A stretch of 64,000 nt of DNA from Candidatus Methylomirabilis sp. (GTDB taxonomy: Bacteria > Methylomirabilota > Methylomirabilia > Methylomirabilales > Methylomirabilaceae), in NCBI GenBank assembly GCA_041498975.1, contig JBGQJI010000001.1:1-64000 (forward strand). The letters are read 5' to 3'. A program made the position numbers and the translations under genes. Positions 59,027 through 64,000 of the stretch are shown in pieces; positions within the stretch are counted from its first letter, which is position 1; each line of letters begins with the position of its first letter. The notes under the pieces are model-generated. The model was not told the DNA's origin. It worked only from the letters and a program-made list of their open reading frames with translations, and did no database searches.

Positions 59027-61610
59027 GCGGCGCAGCCCTGCCTGGGGCGAGATGGCTGCCAGCGCGTGCCTCCTCGGCCTCGCCTGGGCCTTCCTGCTTC
59101 ACTACTTCAGGCCCTCCCTCCTGTTGCTCGACACGATGGTCTCGGGCGGCGACACACCCTCTTTCCTTCGCCCGGTCCATCACCTCCGCGACGTGCTCCT
59201 GCCCGCCGGAAACCCGCTTGGCTGGGACCTTGGCAATCTGGGTGGCTACGCCCCCTACCAATTCTACTTCCTGCCGCCCTCCCTCGCGGTCCTCGCGCTC
59301 TCGAAGCTGATCCCGCTGAACGTGGCCTTCAAGCTCGTCACGGTGGCGGGGACGTTCCTCCTCCCCCTCACCACGATGGTCGCGCTTCGGGCGCTCGGAT
59401 ACGTGCCGCCTGTGCCGGCGCTCGGGGCCGTCGCGAGCCTCATCTTCCTCTTTAACGAGGGCAACTCGATGTGGGGCGGCAACATCCCCAGTACGCTCGC
59501 CGGCGAGTTCGCCCACAGCCTCGGGTTCGCCCTCGCGGTCCTGTTCATAGGACTGCTCTACCGCGGCATCGAGGAGCAGCGCGGTTGGCGCTCGCGGGCC
59601 GCTGTCCTTGCCCTTGCCGGTCTCTGCCATCCGGTCGCGTTTCTCAATGCGGTGACGACGGGCCTTTTTTTCCTGTTCGACCGGAGGCGTTTCGTCCGCA
59701 ACCTTCGCTACCTCGTTGCCGTCTACGGCGGCGCGGTGCTCCTCATGGCGTTCTGGCTTCTGCCCCTCATCGCCAAGCTGGGCTACGCGACCTCGATCAA
59801 CTGGAAGTGGATCTTCCAGTCCTGGCGCGAGATCCTGCCCCGCATTCTCTGGCCGGTGGTCGCGCTGGCCGCCCTCGACATGGTCTGGATGGCGGCGCGG
59901 CCCCGCCCCGCCGACCGCCCCGCGCGCTATCTCCTATTCGGCGCGGCGGCGGCGGTGGTGAGCTTCTTCAACGGCACAGAGGTCGGGCTCCCCGAGATCC
60001 GGTTCGTGCCCTTCGCATATTTCCTCACGATCCTGCTCGCGCTGGACGTCATCGCCCGCGTCCTGCCGGAGACACGCATGCCCCTCCTGGTAGCGTTCCC
60101 GGTCGCACTCGCCATCCTCGTTTGGGTGCAGGCCTGCACAGCCTTCGTCCCGAACTGGATCCGATGGAACTATGAAGGGGCGGAGCGTAAGCCGTCGTAC
60201 GCGCTTTTGCGCTCGATCGCCGACGCCGTCCGCGGCAGCATCAGCGACCCGCGCGTCGCCTATGAGAACTCGCCCTTGCACGATCGCTTCGGCAGTATGC
60301 GGATCTTTGAGAGCCTTCCGCTGCTCTCGGGACGGGCCACCCTCGAGGGCGTCCTCCTGCAGACATCCGTCATGTCCCCATTCATCTACTGGCTGCAATC
60401 CCAGATCTCGAAGCAGGGGACCGGGGTGATTCCCGGCTACAGCTACCCGTCGCTCGACCTGGCGCGCGCAACCGCTCGCCTGCAGTTGCTCAACGCGAGC
60501 GACATGATCGCCGTCACGCCGGAGGTCACAACAGCGCTCGACCACGATCCGCGGTGGGAACGCATCTTCTCGAGCCCCCCCTACGTCATCTTCCATCTGA
60601 AGGACGCCGACCGGCACTACGTGCGCGTGCCTCGCTACCGTCCCGTGCTTGTCGAGACCGGCCGCTGGAAGAAGGACTTCCACCGCTGGTTTGCGACCGA
60701 CGCCGCGCTCGACGTGCCGATCGTGGCGGCCAGCCATGTGCCGCCGGCCGAGCGCGCCAAGTTCCCGCTCCTGAGCCGCTCACCATCGGACCTGCCGCAC
60801 GAGGCCCTCCCGACGAACTGCAAGATAGACGAGCGCGTCGATCATCTTGCGATCGAGTTCACGACCACCTGCCCCGGACTCCCCCACCTGGTCGCGGTCT
60901 CGTACTATCCCAACTGGCGTGTCGAAGGGGCGAGCCGCGTCTTCCTCGCAAGCCCGGCATTCATGCTTATCTTCCCCGACGGCCCCCACGTGCGCCTCAC
61001 ATTCCGCCGCATCGCGGTGGATTGGCTGGGGATCGCGCTGAGCCTGGTCGGCGTAGGGCTCTGCCTCGTCCCGGCCCGGTGGGCGCTTGCCGTCGGCGAG
61101 CCCTCGGGGGCGACAGCCCGCGCGCTCGAGGCCGCACAGCCTTACCTCGTCAGGGGCATGGTGGCCGTGATCCTCGCGGCCACGGCCCTGCACGTAGCCC
61201 GCGATCTCGGCCCCTCGTACTACTACCAGCTTGGCTGGAAGGCCTTCGAGAAGGGGGACTACACGATATCGCGTCGGCACTTCGAGCGGGCCATCTTTTT
61301 AGGCGGCGAGTCGAATACCGCCGCCGATGCCACCTTCTTCCGGGCCGCGAGCTTGCTTCGCGCCGGCAACCCCGCCGCCGCGCTCGCAGTCTACCAGACC
61401 GTGATCGACCGCTTCCCCGACAGCACCTGGGTCGCCGAGAGCCACTACCACGTCGGACTCTGCCTGCGGCAGCTCGGACGGTTGAGCGAGGCCAAGGACC
61501 GGTTCCGTTACGTCATCACCACCTACCCAGGAAACCGCTGGGCCTGCTTCGCCGACGAGCAGCTCCGACAACTGAACGGGGAGCCACCGCCGCAGGTGCC
61601 GTGTGTCTAA
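59019..61610 (+). CDS. PTPS-related/GT-C-like membrane protein with C-terminal TPR
   Basis: Paralog of the 55822 gene; TPR-like tail (YQTVIDRFPDSTW, FRYVITTYPG). Confidence 0.85.
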   Translation: MTERRSPAWGEMAASACLLGLAWAFLLHYFRPSLLLLDTMVSGGDTPSFLRPVHHLRDVLLPAGNPLGWDLGNLGGYAPYQFYFLPPSLAVLALSKLIPLNVAFKLVTVAGTFLLPLTTMVALRALGYVPPVPALGAVASLIFLFNEGNSMWGGNIPSTLAGEFAHSLGFALAVLFIGLLYRGIEEQRGWRSRAAVLALAGLCHPVAFLNAVTTGLFFLFDRRRFVRNLRYLVAVYGGAVLLMAFWLLPLIAKLGYATSINWKWIFQSWREILPRILWPVVALAALDMVWMAARPRPADRPARYLLFGAAAAVVSFFNGTEVGLPEIRFVPFAYFLTILLALDVIARVLPETRMPLLVAFPVALAILVWVQACTAFVPNWIRWNYEGAERKPSYALLRSIADAVRGSISDPRVAYENSPLHDRFGSMRIFESLPLLSGRATLEGVLLQTSVMSPFIYWLQSQISKQGTGVIPGYSYPSLDLARATARLQLLNASDMIAVTPEVTTALDHDPRWERIFSSPPYVIFHLKDADRHYVRVPRYRPVLVETGRWKKDFHRWFATDAALDVPIVAASHVPPAERAKFPLLSRSPSDLPHEALPTNCKIDERVDHLAIEFTTTCPGLPHLVAVSYYPNWRVEGASRVFLASPAFMLIFPDGPHVRLTFRRIAVDWLGIALSLVGVGLCLVPARWALAVGEPSGATARALEAAQPYLVRGMVAVILAATALHVARDLGPSYYYQLGWKAFEKGDYTISRRHFERAIFLGGESNTAADATFFRAASLLRAGNPAAALAVYQTVIDRFPDSTWVAESHYHVGLCLRQLGRLSEAKDRFRYVITTYPGNRWACFADEQLRQLNGEPPPQVPCV

Positions 61611-62505
61611 AGTCGTTGTCACCGGCGCCGGCGGCTTCATCGGCACGGCCCTCGTCCCACGGCTCCTCGCGACCGGCCACCTTCCGCGCCTCTTCGTGCG
61701 TTGGCCGCCCGCGGCGCCTCTCGCCGCGCCGGCCGAGGTCATGCAAGGCGATCTGACATCCGCTGCGAGTCTCCGCGCCGCGGTCGAAGGGGCGGACGCG
61801 GTCGTACACCTCGGCGCGGCAACCTCGGCGGGGCGCCTGGATCCCACCCTTGCCTACCGCGTGAACGTCGGCGGCGCAACCGCCCTCATCGAGGCCTGCC
61901 GCGCCGCCGGTTGCCGGCGCGTCGTTGTCCTCAGCACGCAGCACGTCTACCTGAAACGGTGTGGCGCCTATGGACGTACGAAGCGAATCGCGGACGCTCT
62001 GTTTTCCAGCTCGGGGCTTGAGGTGACGATCCTCCGGCCAAGCCTCGTGTACGGCCCCGGCTCGCGTGGGGTGTTCGTGAAGCTTACGGGCCTCCTCCGC
62101 CGGCTTCCCGTGATTCCCGTCATCGGCCCCGGGACATGGCACTTGCGGCCCGTCTATCTTGGCGACCTGGTCGAGCTGATCGTCCAGACGCTCGCGCGCC
62201 CCGAGGTGAGCGGGCGGACCTACGACGTGGGTGGCCCGGAGCGCATCACCTATACCGGCTTTCTCGGCGCGATCTGCGCGGCGCTCGGCCGGCCCTGCCG
62301 GCGCGTGCACATCCCGCTGGTCGTTGGCTTCGCGCTGGCCTGGCTCCTCGAGCGCCTGCTCGCGAACCCCCCGCTGACGGTCGATAACGTGTACGGCTCG
62401 CTGCTCGACGTCCCCTGCGACCTAAGGGCGCTGATGCGCGACTTCCACCCAACGTTGACGCCGCTCGCCGTCGGGCTTCGCCGCACATTCGCCGAGGCAA
62501 CATGA
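61603..62505 (+). CDS. NAD-dependent epimerase/dehydratase (extended SDR)
   Basis: TGAGGFIG, YGRTK, LRPSLVYGPG. Confidence 0.92.
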   Translation: MSKVVVTGAGGFIGTALVPRLLATGHLPRLFVRWPPAAPLAAPAEVMQGDLTSAASLRAAVEGADAVVHLGAATSAGRLDPTLAYRVNVGGATALIEACRAAGCRRVVVLSTQHVYLKRCGAYGRTKRIADALFSSSGLEVTILRPSLVYGPGSRGVFVKLTGLLRRLPVIPVIGPGTWHLRPVYLGDLVELIVQTLARPEVSGRTYDVGGPERITYTGFLGAICAALGRPCRRVHIPLVVGFALAWLLERLLANPPLTVDNVYGSLLDVPCDLRALMRDFHPTLTPLAVGLRRTFAEAT

Positions 62506-63551
62506 GTGATAGCAGACCCCTCCGAGCCGCCGTGATCGGCGCGGGCCGCATGGGGATGATCCACGGACACCTGCTCTCGATCTACCCCGAGACCGAGGTC
62601 GTCGGCTTCGTGGATCTCAACACCCGCCTCAGCGACCACCTGGCAAGCCAGGGCCTGCGTGCCCCGCTGTATCCCACTGTCGAGGCGCTGTTCAGCGCCG
62701 CCACCCCGGCGGCCGTCTTCGTCTGCACGCCGACGCACACCCACCTCCCCGTGATCCGCGAATGCCTCGCGCGCCGGGTCCACCTCTTCGTCGAGAAGCC
62801 CCTCGCCACCACACGGACGGACGCCGAAGCGATCCTCCGCCTTGCCACGGAGGCTCAGGTGGTGCATGCTGCGGGCTATGTCTATGCTCACCTGCCGATC
62901 GTGCAGGCGGCGCACGACCTTCTGAAGCGAGGCGCCCTGGGCGATCTCTTACGCTTCACGGCGCACGCCTACGTGAGCGAGGTGTTCGGGCCCAAGCGGG
63001 GCTGGTTCTTCCAGCGGGAACAGGCGGGAGGCGGGGTGGTGGCGAACATGGCCTCGCATCTCCTCTTCATCCTCGGGTGGTTCTTTGGCCCGATCCGCCG
63101 GGCAATAGCTTCCACGCGCTCTCACGCAAGCACGATCGACGACTCCGCACAGGCGCTGCTCACCTTTGCAAGCGGCGTGACCGGGCTCCTCGACACCTCC
63201 TGGAGCATGCCAGGCGCGCAGATGCTCGACTACGGGCTCACCATCGAGGGGCGTCAAGGCACGCTTGTGCTCTGCCGCGACCGGATCCTGCTGCACCTGC
63301 TCTCTCCCGCTGGGGGGTACGACGCGGGGTGGAGTCAGATCCACGCGAGCGACCTGCCCGCCGATACCGCCTTTGATGTGAGCCCCCACATCGGCGGCGA
63401 GGCCTTCTACCGTCAGCTCCACTCCTTCGTCGAGGCGTGTCGAACCGGCACGCTGCCCTTTTGCTCCTTGGAGGAGGCCTGCAACACGCAGCGGATGATC
63501 GACGCGATCTACACCTCGGCTGCCTCTGGCGCGCCGGTAGAGGTAGCGTGA
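62502..63551 (+). CDS. Gfo/Idh/MocA oxidoreductase
   Basis: IGAGRMG, CTPTHTH, VEKP, GGGV. Confidence 0.92.
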   Translation: MSDSRPLRAAVIGAGRMGMIHGHLLSIYPETEVVGFVDLNTRLSDHLASQGLRAPLYPTVEALFSAATPAAVFVCTPTHTHLPVIRECLARRVHLFVEKPLATTRTDAEAILRLATEAQVVHAAGYVYAHLPIVQAAHDLLKRGALGDLLRFTAHAYVSEVFGPKRGWFFQREQAGGGVVANMASHLLFILGWFFGPIRRAIASTRSHASTIDDSAQALLTFASGVTGLLDTSWSMPGAQMLDYGLTIEGRQGTLVLCRDRILLHLLSPAGGYDAGWSQIHASDLPADTAFDVSPHIGGEAFYRQLHSFVEACRTGTLPFCSLEEACNTQRMIDAIYTSAASGAPVEVA

Positions 63552-64000
63552 GCGGCCTGGTCCTCGAGCTCCGTCCCCCGGAGAGCCAGCACTACGTATC
63601 ATGGAGGGAGCGCCTGGAAACGGTGGCTCGCTACAGCGACCCCGACGAGGTCCACGCACTCTGCGAGAAGGCTTACTCACTGGGAGCGCGCGCCGTCCTT
63701 ACGGTCTTCGACCACACGATCCGCGAGGCCCTCGCAGCCTACCAGCGATGGCGCGACATCGAGGTGTGGGCGGTCGTGCCGAACATGTTCGCGTTCATCC
63801 GCGATCTCACCGACCGCGGCCTGGTGGGGGCCGCGCGCGCGCGCTTCATGCGCCTCACACCCTCCCAAATGATGCGCACTGGGTTCCGCGCTATGCTCGA
63901 CCTGGGGGGCATCCGGCGACAGGATCTCGCCGTCGGCACGATGCTGGTGTGTGAGATGGAGTTCGCCGCCCTTCGGGGCCTCCGCGTGACGCGGCTCTTC
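63548..64000 (+). CDS. Hypothetical protein, truncated by the window end
   Basis: GTGA overlap with the previous stop; open frame MSGLVLELRPPESQHY... to the edge. Confidence 0.7.
   Translation, partial: MSGLVLELRPPESQHYVSWRERLETVARYSDPDEVHALCEKAYSLGARAVLTVFDHTIREALAAYQRWRDIEVWAVVPNMFAFIRDLTDRGLVGAARARFMRLTPSQMMRTGFRAMLDLGGIRRQDLAVGTMLVCEMEFAALRGLRVTRLF

Overview
High-GC bacterial chromosomal window. The gene mix (FwdB/FhcB-like, hopanoid transporters, a selenoprotein) fits an NC10/Methylomirabilota-like organism, but that is inference only. It holds about 55 mostly housekeeping or metabolic CDSs: secreted beta-propeller proteins, TenA, a PrpB-like lyase, AKR, an APC permease, an orphan FwdB-like subunit, a hybrid CHASE/PAS kinase, aconitase, RecD2, IscX and IscA, MEMO1, GGDEF, LOG, Nth, an AttEFGH-like ABC/lipocalin cluster, TldD/TldE, an SBP56/MtoX-like protein, HpnM/HpnN, an acyl-CoA ligase, and at the right end an IPTL-CTERM surface protein followed by a glycosylation-type operon. 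No rRNA, tRNA, CRISPR array or transposase was seen. Signals missed by the ORF track: a 74-aa glutaredoxin-like selenoprotein with two in-frame UGA codons and SECIS-like hairpins (27830-28054), a 49-aa Cys-rich lipopeptide (172-321), a 28/30-aa membrane micropeptide (18214-18306), an unassigned ~250-nt structured RNA candidate (50153-50407), a three-copy ~105-bp MITE family, two perfect sigma54 promoters, a recurring GATTA-Nx-TAATC palindrome, and a gene whose homologous N-terminus has no canonical start codon.
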